Source: an uncultured Candidatus Binatia bacterium
GTDB taxonomy: Bacteria; Desulfobacterota; Binatia; Bin18
Direction: 5' to 3'
NCBI GenBank assembly: GCA_965242795.1
Contig: OZ251505.1
Coordinates: 243,737-307,736 of the forward strand
Length of the DNA stretch: 64,000 bases
Shown here: positions 29,925 to 39,751 of the stretch, in pieces
Position numbering within the stretch: the stretch's first letter is position 1
Layout: every line of letters starts with the position of its first letter
The notes under the pieces: generated by a model
What the model was told of the DNA's origin: nothing
Seen by the model: the letters and a program-made list of their open reading frames with translations, nothing else
The model's database searches: none
Program-made: the position numbers and the translations under genes

Positions 29925-30710
29925 TCAGGACAGCACCATCGGCAGGCCGAGATACTCGGCGTACATGAAATCGCGGTGCTCGATCAGCACGGGATCCAGA
30001 GCCCTGGCAATGTCCGGCTGCGGAAACTCGAACGCCGCGCGCAGCACGTCAGGGATGGGACATTGCTCCGGAGGGAGCGGCTTCATCAACGCGCAGAACG
30101 TTGCCCAGTAAAAGTCCAGCGCGGTGAGTTGCGCCCCTATCAGAAACCGGTGCCCCTCGGTCCGCCGAGCTTTGAGGCGTGCGGACAACAGCGTCAGGAC
30201 GTCGATGACGCGCTGCTTGGCGATCCGGCCGACGCCCGGCCGATAGCCGTATTTCTGGCCGAGATAGCCGCCCATCTCCGCGGGGACCGGGTATTCCACG
30301 TTCGGGTCCTGCGCGTAGTCGCAGATCAACAGCCGCAGGCACCAGCCCAAGCCCATCTCGCCGCAGATCTCGTGCGCCAGCCCGAACATGAGCGCCCGCT
30401 GTTCCGGGTCCGCGGGAATCAGACCCGGGTCCGGCTGCAAGCGTTCGAGCAACAGCAGAATCTCCGCCCAGCCGGAGCGGGGCGCCTCGTCCTCGAACAT
30501 GGCGTTCGGGGCGCTGTCTTCGCCCGTCCATTCGACCAACGGCTTGTTGGCCGCGGGGTCGCCCGGCATGTACAGCGTGGCCGTAAACGGAACGTCCTTC
30601 ACCTTGAGCATTCCCTTGACCGCCTCGCCCCACGGGCTGGGCGCATTCGCCACGAAAGCCATGCGCAGGCCGTTTGCCTGCAGGGCATCTTCGCAACTCA
30701 CGAACTGCAT
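29925..30710 (-). CDS. Glutathione S-transferase-like protein
   Basis: PSPWGEAVKGML thioredoxin-like start, GWAEILLLLERL, FLIGAQLTALDFYWATF N-capping box. Confidence 0.65.
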   Translation of the reverse strand: MQFVSCEDALQANGLRMAFVANAPSPWGEAVKGMLKVKDVPFTATLYMPGDPAANKPLVEWTGEDSAPNAMFEDEAPRSGWAEILLLLERLQPDPGLIPADPEQRALMFGLAHEICGEMGLGWCLRLLICDYAQDPNVEYPVPAEMGGYLGQKYGYRPGVGRIAKQRVIDVLTLLSARLKARRTEGHRFLIGAQLTALDFYWATFCALMKPLPPEQCPIPDVLRAAFEFPQPDIARALDPVLIEHRDFMYAEYLGLPMVLS

Positions 30711-30910
30711 GATCGCCTCCTTTTCTCCTTCTTTCCCTTGCGGCGTTCGTCCCCTTCCGACCGATGGAGGACGACTCGGACGCTCCCTGCTACCGTAATC
30801 CTGCGCGCCGCGCCATATCATGCGACTTGATCGACTCGGCCGCGACGGATAGCTTCGGGCGCGTGACGCGCGACAACCCGCCTTCCTTGCCCCGCTCTTC
30901 TTCACCGTCC

Positions 30911-31444
30911 ATGTCCTGGTCCGCACCGCCGATCTGGTTCGGGCTGCTGGGGGTCGGGATCGCCGGATTTCTGCTCTGGTTCATCTACGCCAAGCCCGCG
31001 GCCTCCGGTCATGGCGCATGGCTGGGCTTCCTGCCCACAGCCAACGCCAGCCTGAACGCACTGGCCGCGGTTTGCCTGACGGCCGGTTTCGTCAACGTCA
31101 AACGCGGGAATACCGATGCTCACAGGAAGTGCATGTTGGCTGCACTCATCTTCTCAACACTTTTCCTGGCTGGCTATATCGTTTACCACCACTTCCATGG
31201 CGACACCCCGTTTCCCGGCCAAGGCGCTATCCGGCCCGTCTATTTCAGCATTCTCATCAGCCACATCGTCCTGTCGGTGCTCGCCCTGCCGCTGGTCCTG
31301 ACGACCGTCTTCTATGCCCTGCGTGGCCGATTCGAGTCTCACAAGAAAATTGCCCGGCTGACCTTTCCGGTCTGGCTGTACGTATCCGTCAGTGGAGTAG
31401 CGGTGTACTTCTTTCTGAGAGCTTACGCTAGTCACCGAGGTTAA
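30911..31444 (+). CDS. DUF420 family membrane protein
   Basis: LPTANASLNA, AHRKCMLAALIFSTLFLAGYI, YFSILISHIVLS, HKKIARLTFPVWLYVSVSGV; start uncertain. Confidence 0.85.
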   Translation: MSWSAPPIWFGLLGVGIAGFLLWFIYAKPAASGHGAWLGFLPTANASLNALAAVCLTAGFVNVKRGNTDAHRKCMLAALIFSTLFLAGYIVYHHFHGDTPFPGQGAIRPVYFSILISHIVLSVLALPLVLTTVFYALRGRFESHKKIARLTFPVWLYVSVSGVAVYFFLRAYASHRG

Positions 31445-31447
31445 GAC

Positions 31448-33007
31448 ATGCCATTCTCCTCTTTTCCCAAGAAACTGTTCCTTCTGTGGTTCCAAGGCTG
31501 GGATCACACCCCAGAAGTCGTCACCTACTGTCGGCGATCTTGGGAGCACTACAATCCTACTTGGGAAATTCATTTCCTCGATAACTCAAATCTCTCCGAC
31601 TACGTCGCTCTGGATGACCTTTCGCCTTTGTCGGACGCTCTTCCCCCCTACATCTTATCCAAAATCGTTCGCCTGCGCTTATTGAAAAAATATGGGGGAA
31701 TCTGGGCCGACGCAACCTGTTTCTGTTGCCGGCCATTGGACGAATGGCTAAAGGGCCACCTCGAATCCGGGTTTTTCGCTTTCAGCCGACCGGGAGAGGA
31801 CCGAATGATTTCGAGCTGGTTTCTGGCCGCAGTACCCGGCAACCGTTTGGTCGCTATCTATTCCCAGGCTGTCTGTGATTATTGGTTGAAGAATCCGAAA
31901 TTGCGCCCGACGATTTCGGACGATCTTCTGGTTGATGCTTGTCGCCGGGTTTCCGACAATTACGAGAAAAAGAACCCCAACCCACGACAGGCAGATCCGG
32001 ACGACAAGCTCGCCAACTTACTCAAGACCCCTTACGTCCAATCGCTTATACTGAAACGGCCCTGGCTCTGGCACACCTTCTTTTTCGTGAAGGTGTTGAA
32101 ACTCTTTCCCTATTTCTGGTTTCATTATCTCTTCGAACATTGCTATCGGAACAATCGATATTTTCGGGAAACGTGGGACGCGACCATCAAGATCGATGCC
32201 GACATTTCTCACCGCCTCCAAGATGTTGGACTTTTCCAACCGGTCTCCGATCAGATCAAACAGGAGATTGAGAATCGGACGGCCCCTCTCTACAAGCTGA
32301 CGTGGAAGTTGGACGACGAGCATATTCCCGAGGGGAGTACACTCGATTATCTCAAGAACACCCTGCCGCGGGAACAGACACCCAAAGAGACAAAAAACAA
32401 GAAGCACTATATCACGAGGTCGGATACGAACAGAATGATCTATTTCATCAATCCGAAATGCGCATGCACGACGATCAAAGCATTCCTTGCAGCGACTGAC
32501 CTGACATTGGATGTGGACCCGGCGAAGATCGGGCAGCGCGGCGCCTTCGGTAAAGTTGATAGAATCGAAGATATTTCACCGTATCCGGGTTATTTCAAAT
32601 TTACGTTCGTCAGGAATCCGTGGGATCGGCTGGTTTCTTGTTATCTTGAGAAGGTGATCGGACTAAGAAGATGGATCGAGATATTCGGCCCCGCTCCCTC
32701 CTTTGCGGACTTTATACGTGTCGTGCACAGCATTCCGGATGAAGATGCAGACATACATTATCGGTCACAATATCTGAACGTTACGGATGGCGCCGGTGAG
32801 CTGGTGGTGGATTTCGTCGGACGGGTGGAAAACATCCAGGATGACATAAGAACGGTCGCTTCCGCCAGAGACTTGGTATATTCCTTGGAACACTTCAGGA
32901 AATCCGAGGGAAGAAAACCATATCGAGAGTATTACAATGAGGAAACAAGGGATTTGGTCGCCGAAAGATATGCCGCAGACATCGAACTGTTCAGCTATGA
33001 ATTTTGA
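31448..33007 (+). CDS. Fusion of a capsular-polysaccharide-synthesis (GT32-like) domain and a sulfotransferase family 2 domain
   Basis: N-terminal LLWFQG, SWEHYNPTWEIHFLD, RLRLLKKYGGIWADAT; C-terminal FINPKCACTTIK and FTFVRNPWDRLVSCY; visibly AT-richer. Confidence 0.8.
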   Translation: MPFSSFPKKLFLLWFQGWDHTPEVVTYCRRSWEHYNPTWEIHFLDNSNLSDYVALDDLSPLSDALPPYILSKIVRLRLLKKYGGIWADATCFCCRPLDEWLKGHLESGFFAFSRPGEDRMISSWFLAAVPGNRLVAIYSQAVCDYWLKNPKLRPTISDDLLVDACRRVSDNYEKKNPNPRQADPDDKLANLLKTPYVQSLILKRPWLWHTFFFVKVLKLFPYFWFHYLFEHCYRNNRYFRETWDATIKIDADISHRLQDVGLFQPVSDQIKQEIENRTAPLYKLTWKLDDEHIPEGSTLDYLKNTLPREQTPKETKNKKHYITRSDTNRMIYFINPKCACTTIKAFLAATDLTLDVDPAKIGQRGAFGKVDRIEDISPYPGYFKFTFVRNPWDRLVSCYLEKVIGLRRWIEIFGPAPSFADFIRVVHSIPDEDADIHYRSQYLNVTDGAGELVVDFVGRVENIQDDIRTVASARDLVYSLEHFRKSEGRKPYREYYNEETRDLVAERYAADIELFSYEF

Positions 33008-33064
33008 GTCTCGTCTGTTTTCGCCCAACTTTCTGTAGCTTTTCTCGCGATTCCGATTCCGCCA

Positions 33065-35335
33065 TCAAATTTGAATGCTGACCGGCTCGGAGGCGTTTCG
33101 GCGGGGTGTGACCTCGCCGACGGCCGCAGCGTCGGCGTAGCCGAGCGCACGGAGATGCTGCACGCACGCCGGCGCACGGTCGGGCGGAACGCCGGCCAAC
33201 AGTCCGCCGGCGGTCTGCGGGTCGAACAGCGTGGCATAGCGGGGAAGTGCGTTGACGGTCTCATGGTTGCGTACCGCCCGCCGCAGTCGGACGTTTTGGG
33301 GGTGCAGCGAAGAGAAGATGCCCTGCTGCATGACGTCCAGCACGCCGGGTAGTAGCGGCACGCAGTCAAGGTCCAGCACGACGGCGGCCTTGGAAGCATT
33401 TACCATTTCGAGCAGGTGGCCCAGCAGACCGAAGCCGGTCACGTCCGTCATGGCCGTGGCGCCGTGGTCGCGCAAGCATGCCGCGGCTGCCCGGTTGGAA
33501 CGCCGCATGGAGGCGAGCGAGGCTTCGATCCAACGGCCCTTGGCCTTGCACCGCATGTCTGCGGCGAACAGCGCGCCGGTGCCCAGCGCTTTGGTCAGAA
33601 TCAGCGTCTGGCCGGGCTGGAGCCCGCTCTTTTTGAGCAGCGCCTCGGGACGTGCCAGCCCGTTGACCGCGAACCCCAAGGCCAACTCGCTGCCCTCGCT
33701 CGTGTGCCCACCGACCAGTGCGGTGCCTTCCGCGTTGAGGACGTCCAGCGCGCCTGCCATGAGTTGGCCGAGTTGGTCTTCCATCTTCTGTTCCAGGCCG
33801 TACGGCAGCGTCACGAGCGCCAGCGCGGTCTGCGGTTCGGCGCCCATCGCAAAAACGTCGCCCAGGGCGTGGGTCGCCGCGATTTGGCCGAAGACGAACG
33901 GGTCATCAATGAACGCGCGAAAAAAATCGACGGTGTGAACCAGGACATGGCCCTCCGGGATATGGACGACCGCGGCGTCGTCCGGGGCGTGCAGGCCGAC
34001 CAGAACGTCCTTTCGGTCCACGGGCGCAAGCCGGGCCAATGCACGGTCGAGCAGCGTACTGCCGACCTTGGCCCCACAGCCGCCGCAGCGCATGGCCAGC
34101 GAAGACAGTTCTAGCAGGGCGTGCGCGTCGGCGACTCCCGCTGACGGCTGGACGACATCCTCTGCGGACATGTCCGGCAGCCGGTTGTATTTGCGGATGA
34201 ATCGCCGGTCGATGAAGTCTTTCCACTTCCAGACCCACGCACCCTGCACCGCCCAGAGAGACCGAGAAGCCACTGCGCCTCGGTCTCCGGTCGAGATCAG
34301 GCTTAGAAATTTTTTCTGGGGCCGAAAGGCCCGTAGGCCGCGGCCGCTCAGAGAACGCCGCAGGTTACGCTCCAGCGGAGACCCTTGCCGCACGGCGAAC
34401 ACCCCGGATTTGGGCCGCGGGTAGCTCTCGACCGAGGCGATGTCTCCCGCGGCGAATACGTCGGAATGGGAAACGGATTGCAGCGTGTCGCGCACCGCAA
34501 TGAACTCCTGCGCGTCGGTCGCCAAGCCGGATTCCCCGGGCCACGCCGCGGCGCCGGCCGTCGTCACCCACAGGATTTCGTCCAGCTCGAGCCGGGTCCC
34601 GTCGTGGCATTCGACTCCGCCGTCGGTCGCGCGGCTGACGGCGCAGTTGGTCCGCATTTCCACCCCACGGCGGGTGAACAATTTGCGGAACGCGGCACGC
34701 ACGCGCCGGTTGTGGGTGGGCAGGATGTCGGCTCCGTCGGTGATGAGCGTATAGGTCAAATGGTCGGACGAACGGTTCTGTTCTGCCAGCAGTCGCCGCA
34801 GGCGGTACTGCACGGACAGCAGGAGTTCGACACCGCCCGCGCCGCCACCGATCACGCCGATGCGCGTGGTTTGCGTTCGTTCCAAACATCGGGTGCGTAA
34901 CCCCTTCCAGTGTCGCCGGAACCCGTCGATGGGCTTGACCGGTACGCCCACGCGGTCGGCACCCGGAATGTGCGACACCGCCGGCGTGGAGCCGACGTTG
35001 ACGGACAAGACGTCGTAGGCGACCGGCGGCCGGTCGCGGCAGAGGACCTGTTTGTTCGTCAGATCGAGGCCGGTCGCCTCGGCGTGGAAAAACCGCGCGC
35101 CCGCGAACCGGCATAGCGGCACGAGGTCGATATGCGCGTCGTCGAAGCGGTAGTGTCCTGCGATATAGCCGGGCAACATCCCCGAGTAGGGCGCATGCGT
35201 ATCCCGTGAAATCAACGTCAGACGCACGCCCGGCATCGGTCGCATGCCGAACTTCTTCAACACCGTGACGTGACTGTGGCCGCCGCCTATCAGGACGAGG
35301 TCTTTGACGACCGGCGCGGCTTGGTCCGCGTTCAC
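33065..35335 (-). CDS. selD: Selenide,water dikinase SelD fused to an N-terminal pyridine nucleotide-disulfide oxidoreductase domain
   Basis: [38 protein letters not shown]; then [47 protein letters not shown]. Confidence 0.93.
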   Translation of the reverse strand: MNADQAAPVVKDLVLIGGGHSHVTVLKKFGMRPMPGVRLTLISRDTHAPYSGMLPGYIAGHYRFDDAHIDLVPLCRFAGARFFHAEATGLDLTNKQVLCRDRPPVAYDVLSVNVGSTPAVSHIPGADRVGVPVKPIDGFRRHWKGLRTRCLERTQTTRIGVIGGGAGGVELLLSVQYRLRRLLAEQNRSSDHLTYTLITDGADILPTHNRRVRAAFRKLFTRRGVEMRTNCAVSRATDGGVECHDGTRLELDEILWVTTAGAAAWPGESGLATDAQEFIAVRDTLQSVSHSDVFAAGDIASVESYPRPKSGVFAVRQGSPLERNLRRSLSGRGLRAFRPQKKFLSLISTGDRGAVASRSLWAVQGAWVWKWKDFIDRRFIRKYNRLPDMSAEDVVQPSAGVADAHALLELSSLAMRCGGCGAKVGSTLLDRALARLAPVDRKDVLVGLHAPDDAAVVHIPEGHVLVHTVDFFRAFIDDPFVFGQIAATHALGDVFAMGAEPQTALALVTLPYGLEQKMEDQLGQLMAGALDVLNAEGTALVGGHTSEGSELALGFAVNGLARPEALLKKSGLQPGQTLILTKALGTGALFAADMRCKAKGRWIEASLASMRRSNRAAAACLRDHGATAMTDVTGFGLLGHLLEMVNASKAAVVLDLDCVPLLPGVLDVMQQGIFSSLHPQNVRLRRAVRNHETVNALPRYATLFDPQTAGGLLAGVPPDRAPACVQHLRALGYADAAAVGEVTPRRNASEPVSIQI

Positions 35336-35413
35336 TGTTTCATCCTCGGCATTCGGGAATAACAGACAGGATGAGAGGATATTCTCCCTTTCGTCCGACG
35401 CCTTCAGACCCTT

Positions 35414-36367
35414 TCAAATCTTACTGTATGGCCCGAGGAAGTGCAGACCGTCGAAATGGATCAAATGCGACGGAGCATCGGCTACCCATACCTCTGTTTC
35501 CCACGCGATTTCACCAAGATAGCGGCCCATGAGCGTTCGGTCTGGAAAGGCTGTGACATAAACCAGGCCCGCCCTGGACCCGGCAAAGAGAGCGGCGAGT
35601 TCGTCATGCCGCTTCCCATCGACCGGCCCATGACTGGTAACCGATTCGATCAGGAGCAACCAGTTCTTCTCAGTGTAGTACAGTACGACGTCCGGCATCT
35701 TGCCATGTGAATCCACACTCACATCCAATTCGGCCAAGAGGGTCTCGTTGAAATATCCCCACTTCTCTCCGGTATCGCCCACGTAAACCAGCACGCTCCC
35801 TGGTGCAAAGCGTGGAGCGAAATCTTCTATGACGGCTCGGATCAGTTCGCTGTGTTCGCCCGGACTGAGGAGAATTCTCTTCCCTGGGGCAACGGCAACC
35901 GGGATCCGGTTCTGGTCTCGCTCTTTGGCGTAACGGGTTATGAGAGTTTCGCGTTCGGCCAAATACGCTCGAAGGGCATCAGGCCACGCTGGCGTGTCAA
36001 AGGTGCGGAGCAACGTCAGCGCGGCGGGCTCGATCTGATACACGGCTTTCGGGCTGTTCACCGGACGGTCCGGCCTGTCCGGGTTGTAAAGTGCGATACC
36101 AGCATCGCAGAATTGGTGCATTGTTTGTCGGCGGACCGTCTCACGGGTGTTCGGAGCGTAGTCCTTGTCGTAATGCTCGCGCGCCCAATCCATTATCGGG
36201 GTGATACCTATGAGCGGATTTTCGGCCTCCGCCCAAACCTTGTCAGGAGTAAGGTTCAGTAATGCCAGCAAACAGAGAGCGGATCGCTCATTTTGTTGCG
36301 CGCGTGGCAGGCCCAAAGAGATGATGATCCGGTGGGCGGACTTGATATGGTTCTTCTTGTTGTTCAT
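35414..36367 (-). CDS. BsuBI/PstI-family type II restriction endonuclease
   Basis: YAPNTRETVRRQTMHQF, LSPGEHSELI, HGKMPDVVLY...LLLIESVTSHGPVD, AWETEVW; ATG overlaps the MTase TGA. Confidence 0.9.
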   Translation of the reverse strand: MNNKKNHIKSAHRIIISLGLPRAQQNERSALCLLALLNLTPDKVWAEAENPLIGITPIMDWAREHYDKDYAPNTRETVRRQTMHQFCDAGIALYNPDRPDRPVNSPKAVYQIEPAALTLLRTFDTPAWPDALRAYLAERETLITRYAKERDQNRIPVAVAPGKRILLSPGEHSELIRAVIEDFAPRFAPGSVLVYVGDTGEKWGYFNETLLAELDVSVDSHGKMPDVVLYYTEKNWLLLIESVTSHGPVDGKRHDELAALFAGSRAGLVYVTAFPDRTLMGRYLGEIAWETEVWVADAPSHLIHFDGLHFLGPYSKI

Positions 36368-37845
36368 CAGGTTGAAGTCCCCATCCTGGCATCGATCATG
36401 GTTTGCGTCAGTTCTTTTTGTCGCGCGGCCCATTTACCCATTCCGACAAGGGCGTCACGACTCGGGTATTGCATCGTTCTGAGATCGGTCGCATTGACCT
36501 GAGTATGACCACTGAAGCGTCGAAAATGTCGATCGACAGCCGTTGAATTGAGAAAGACGGCCAGCCCGAATGCCAACGCCTGGGGCAGCCCGTGTTTGTT
36601 CTCGTGAAAAAGGTTCAAGTGGTTCTCGAAGCCCAGCGCGGGAGCGCCGTTGAATACGTCCGGCTCGACCACACTCGCTACGATACGCCGTCTTTCTTCT
36701 TTGGACGAAAAACGCCGGACCACACAGTAGTAGCCATTCGGATACAGCCATTTTGCCGTCTCGCCAGTATGCAGAATGGCGTTCGGCCTCTTGTTGCCGG
36801 GGATCGGCCAAGCGGTGCGCGTACCGGTGAAATGGCATGGGTAGAGCAATGGCACACAACCGGCCTCCGGCATGGCGCGGAGGTGCTCCTTCATACGGAA
36901 ATCGACCACGGGACCGGTCGAAACGTCGATGCCGAGATCCGCAAGCGCGTAACGGATGCTCGAAGCAAGTTCGACCGTGCCTTCCGGAGATGTCGGCACG
37001 TGAACGAATCGCTCCGGGTCATCGGGAAGAACGATCCGGTCGAACGGATGAGTCCTCGTGGCCAAGTCGGTAAAGGTGTCGTCGGTCGAAGTGGACACCG
37101 TGACCGGCCCGGCACGTCCGTCGCGTTCAAGCCGGATAATGACGTTCTCTTGCAGGACGGCGTCGTCCTTGAACGCGGTGTTGCGGGACTCGAAAAGGTG
37201 CACGTGCCGGAGAGCGGCCCGTTCAAGCACGAATTGGCGAAAGGATCGGTAGTACGGTCCGTTACAGAAACTGCGCGGAATGATGGCTACGACCTGTCCG
37301 TGTGGCGCAGCCAGTGCAACGGCCAGCGCCACGAAAGCGGAATACAGGTTGACCGTCTCGATGCCGACGCGGCGCAAGGCCGAACGGTACGACGACTTCC
37401 CGTTGATCTTCTTATACGGCGGATTGAGGATAGCGTGCGTGTAGTTCGGCGAGCCGGTGGCGAACAGGTTTCCAGCAAGCCTGTCCACTGCGGCATGGAC
37501 GAAATCGCCCGGTCGAATCGTCACCCTAAAAGCCGGGTTTTCGCGGTATGGCGCTAACGTCCCGTTCAAATCGGCATGCAGGGAATCGTCGATCTCGAAC
37601 GCCTCCAAGTCCACGCGCTGGAAATGAAACTTCCCGGAACCCCATCTTTCCAGGAACGCGGCGGAAAGCGAGCCGATTCCGGCCCCGGCATCGAGCAGAC
37701 GACACTGGCCCCTGCCGTCGGGAAACAGGTTTGCCATGAACGCCGCGGTTCTTGCCGGCGTGAGAAACCGGCCGAATTGCGCCTTCTTCTTTGCTGCGGT
37801 GTTCTTGGTCAACCGCAATCTCGTCTGTTCGACATCGGACAACAA
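36367..37845 (-). CDS. N6-adenine DNA methyltransferase (BsuBI/PstI, Eco57I-like)
   Basis: Motif I LLDAGAGIGSL, motif IV ILNPPY, NLYSAF, FRRFSGHTQVNATDL. Confidence 0.93.
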   Translation of the reverse strand: MLSDVEQTRLRLTKNTAAKKKAQFGRFLTPARTAAFMANLFPDGRGQCRLLDAGAGIGSLSAAFLERWGSGKFHFQRVDLEAFEIDDSLHADLNGTLAPYRENPAFRVTIRPGDFVHAAVDRLAGNLFATGSPNYTHAILNPPYKKINGKSSYRSALRRVGIETVNLYSAFVALAVALAAPHGQVVAIIPRSFCNGPYYRSFRQFVLERAALRHVHLFESRNTAFKDDAVLQENVIIRLERDGRAGPVTVSTSTDDTFTDLATRTHPFDRIVLPDDPERFVHVPTSPEGTVELASSIRYALADLGIDVSTGPVVDFRMKEHLRAMPEAGCVPLLYPCHFTGTRTAWPIPGNKRPNAILHTGETAKWLYPNGYYCVVRRFSSKEERRRIVASVVEPDVFNGAPALGFENHLNLFHENKHGLPQALAFGLAVFLNSTAVDRHFRRFSGHTQVNATDLRTMQYPSRDALVGMGKWAARQKELTQTMIDARMGTST

Positions 37846-37856
37846 GGTCGCCCCTC

Positions 37857-39608
37857 CTAAGATTTTGTCGTTGCCGGCCGTTGCCGCTGAGCACTGCCCG
37901 TCGGTGTCAGGCGGTAGCGTTGCCTACGACTGTGCGGCTTGTCCGGCAGCGTCATTTCGATCAGCCCCGCATCCAACGCCGGTTGGAGATAGGTTTTCCG
38001 AAAATGTTTCGTGTCCCTCAAGACCAAGACTTGCCGCAATTCCTGGCCCGTCATTTCTCCTTCCATCGCCCATAGAAGCCGATCTTGGGGGGTCTCAGGG
38101 GGGGCGACTCGGGGGGTATCTTGGGGGGTGACTTGGGGGGTCAATTCCCCCTTTTGCGGTCGCTGCCTATGGACGCTGCCTGCCGGTGTCAGACGGTATC
38201 GCTGTCTGCGGCTGTGCGACTTGTCCGGCAGCGTCATTTCGATCAGCCCCGCATCCAACGCCGGTTGGAGGTAGGTTTTCCGAAAATGTTTCGTGTCCCT
38301 CAAGGTCAATGCTTGCCGTAATTCCTGGCCCGTCATTTCCCCTTCCATCGCCCACAGAAGCCGATCTTGGGGGGTCTCAGGGGGGGCGACTCGGGGGGTA
38401 TCTTGGGGGGGCACTGGGGGGGTGACTTGGGGGGTGATTCCCTCGGCGACCCGATCATTCTCCACTTTCTCTGCTTCGGTCCGAATTTGCGGGTTCGGAC
38501 GAAAGATGACGGTGACGAAGGCTTTGGAGTCGAACTCCGGTTCCGGGCAATCCAACCGTTTCGCCTCCTCCCGGATACGGCGGATGCCTGTCCCCGCTTT
38601 CTCGATGAAGTCGATACGGTGGAGCAGGTCGGCAATGAGCGCATTGCGTCGTACGCTCGTGCGCCCCAGTTCGGCCGGGGTCAGTCCCTTGGGCAGGCTT
38701 CCCGGGCTGATGATCTCGATCCGGTCGGTATAGATCTCGACAAAAACGTTGGACCCCTCGAAAAACCAATCGCGGTGCATGACGGCATTGGTGATCGCCT
38801 CACGCAAGGCGCGCATCGGATACTCAGGAACATTCTGCCTTCTGAGCCCCTCGATCCGGTATGCAGTTCGGGTGTTGCGCTCGACGAAACGCAAGGCATC
38901 TTCGATGTCGGCCACAATCCCGCCGCTGAAGTCCTTTCGGTCCAGGATGTGGACCTTGTCCGTATCCCTCGCCAACAGACAGGTGATGTAAGCGTGCGGA
39001 AAGAACCACCGCACGTTCTTGGCGAAAAAGAGCACTCCGGCATTGCGGAAGAGCAGTTTCTTCCCGGCGCGCTCGGCCGCCTCGATGTTGACCAGCACGT
39101 CATCTACGGATGGTTGTCCGGTAATCCCCGAATACCCTAGCCACGTATCGAACTTGTCGCGGTCGAAATCGTCCGGGTAGCGGAAGCCGGGACAGGGCGA
39201 ACGATCGAATTGAATGATCCGTTCGGCCTGGAAGAAATCGCGGATTTCGTTTCGGTTGAGTTTCTGCGTGACCGCGCCCTGGCGCCAGAAGAAACCATCG
39301 CCGCACTGCACAGGCTTAGCGTCGCTTTCGCGGACATGCACGGCGAAAACTCTCCCAACGGGTTCCACCCGCACCTTCACGGGCGGGTCGCAATTTCGCG
39401 CGATGTCCTGGACGCGGGCACGGAGCCCATTGGAGTCCTTGACCCCGCTGACGGTGCCGTCATCACGCACGCCCAGAAGAATCTTTCCGCCAATGGTGTT
39501 GGCCAGAGCGACCATCTCCCGGGCGAACGACGCCGAAAGGTTCTCCTTGAACTCGATCGTCGTGCCTTCGCCCTGCTGAAGCAGGATGTCAAGGTCTCCG
39601 GGCGTCAT
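37857..39608 (-). CDS. Schlafen/AlbA_2 domain + RecG-C-like (HATPase_c_4) domain + duplicated C-terminal HTH
   Basis: EGTTIEFKE, ALANTIGGKILLGVRDDG; ALREAITNAVMHRDW, RIEIISPGSLP, RNALIADLL, IEKAGTGIRRI; two ~94-aa repeats ending YLQPALDAGLIEMTLPDK..SRRQRYRLT. Confidence 0.88.
   Translation of the reverse strand: MTPGDLDILLQQGEGTTIEFKENLSASFAREMVALANTIGGKILLGVRDDGTVSGVKDSNGLRARVQDIARNCDPPVKVRVEPVGRVFAVHVRESDAKPVQCGDGFFWRQGAVTQKLNRNEIRDFFQAERIIQFDRSPCPGFRYPDDFDRDKFDTWLGYSGITGQPSVDDVLVNIEAAERAGKKLLFRNAGVLFFAKNVRWFFPHAYITCLLARDTDKVHILDRKDFSGGIVADIEDALRFVERNTRTAYRIEGLRRQNVPEYPMRALREAITNAVMHRDWFFEGSNVFVEIYTDRIEIISPGSLPKGLTPAELGRTSVRRNALIADLLHRIDFIEKAGTGIRRIREEAKRLDCPEPEFDSKAFVTVIFRPNPQIRTEAEKVENDRVAEGITPQVTPPVPPQDTPRVAPPETPQDRLLWAMEGEMTGQELRQALTLRDTKHFRKTYLQPALDAGLIEMTLPDKSHSRRQRYRLTPAGSVHRQRPQKGELTPQVTPQDTPRVAPPETPQDRLLWAMEGEMTGQELRQVLVLRDTKHFRKTYLQPALDAGLIEMTLPDKPHSRRQRYRLTPTGSAQRQRPATTKS
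37890..38440. repeat. Intragenic duplication, period 282 bp, with 12-bp Pro/Thr/Gln microrepeats
   Basis: tcctggcccgtcattt at 38041 and 38323; linkers encode TPQV/PPQD/APPE. Confidence 0.9.
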
Positions 39609-39751
39609 GCCGAACCATCAATCACTACGGAGCTATTCGGGGCCGCGAAAATGGTTGCGTCATTCATAATCCTCTTCGATTTATACGGAGACAGTCGGTT
39701 CCCGAGAGGAAGCCAGCTTTCAACCTCTTCTCCGATTCTTGATCGATCAGG

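Noticed and set aside
33065-35335. Selenocysteine recoding in SelD
   Set aside because: The ORF is uninterrupted and the catalytic position is a Cys codon.
35414-37845. Assigning CTGCAG specificity to the R-M pair
   Set aside because: Family membership alone does not fix the target; methylome data are needed.
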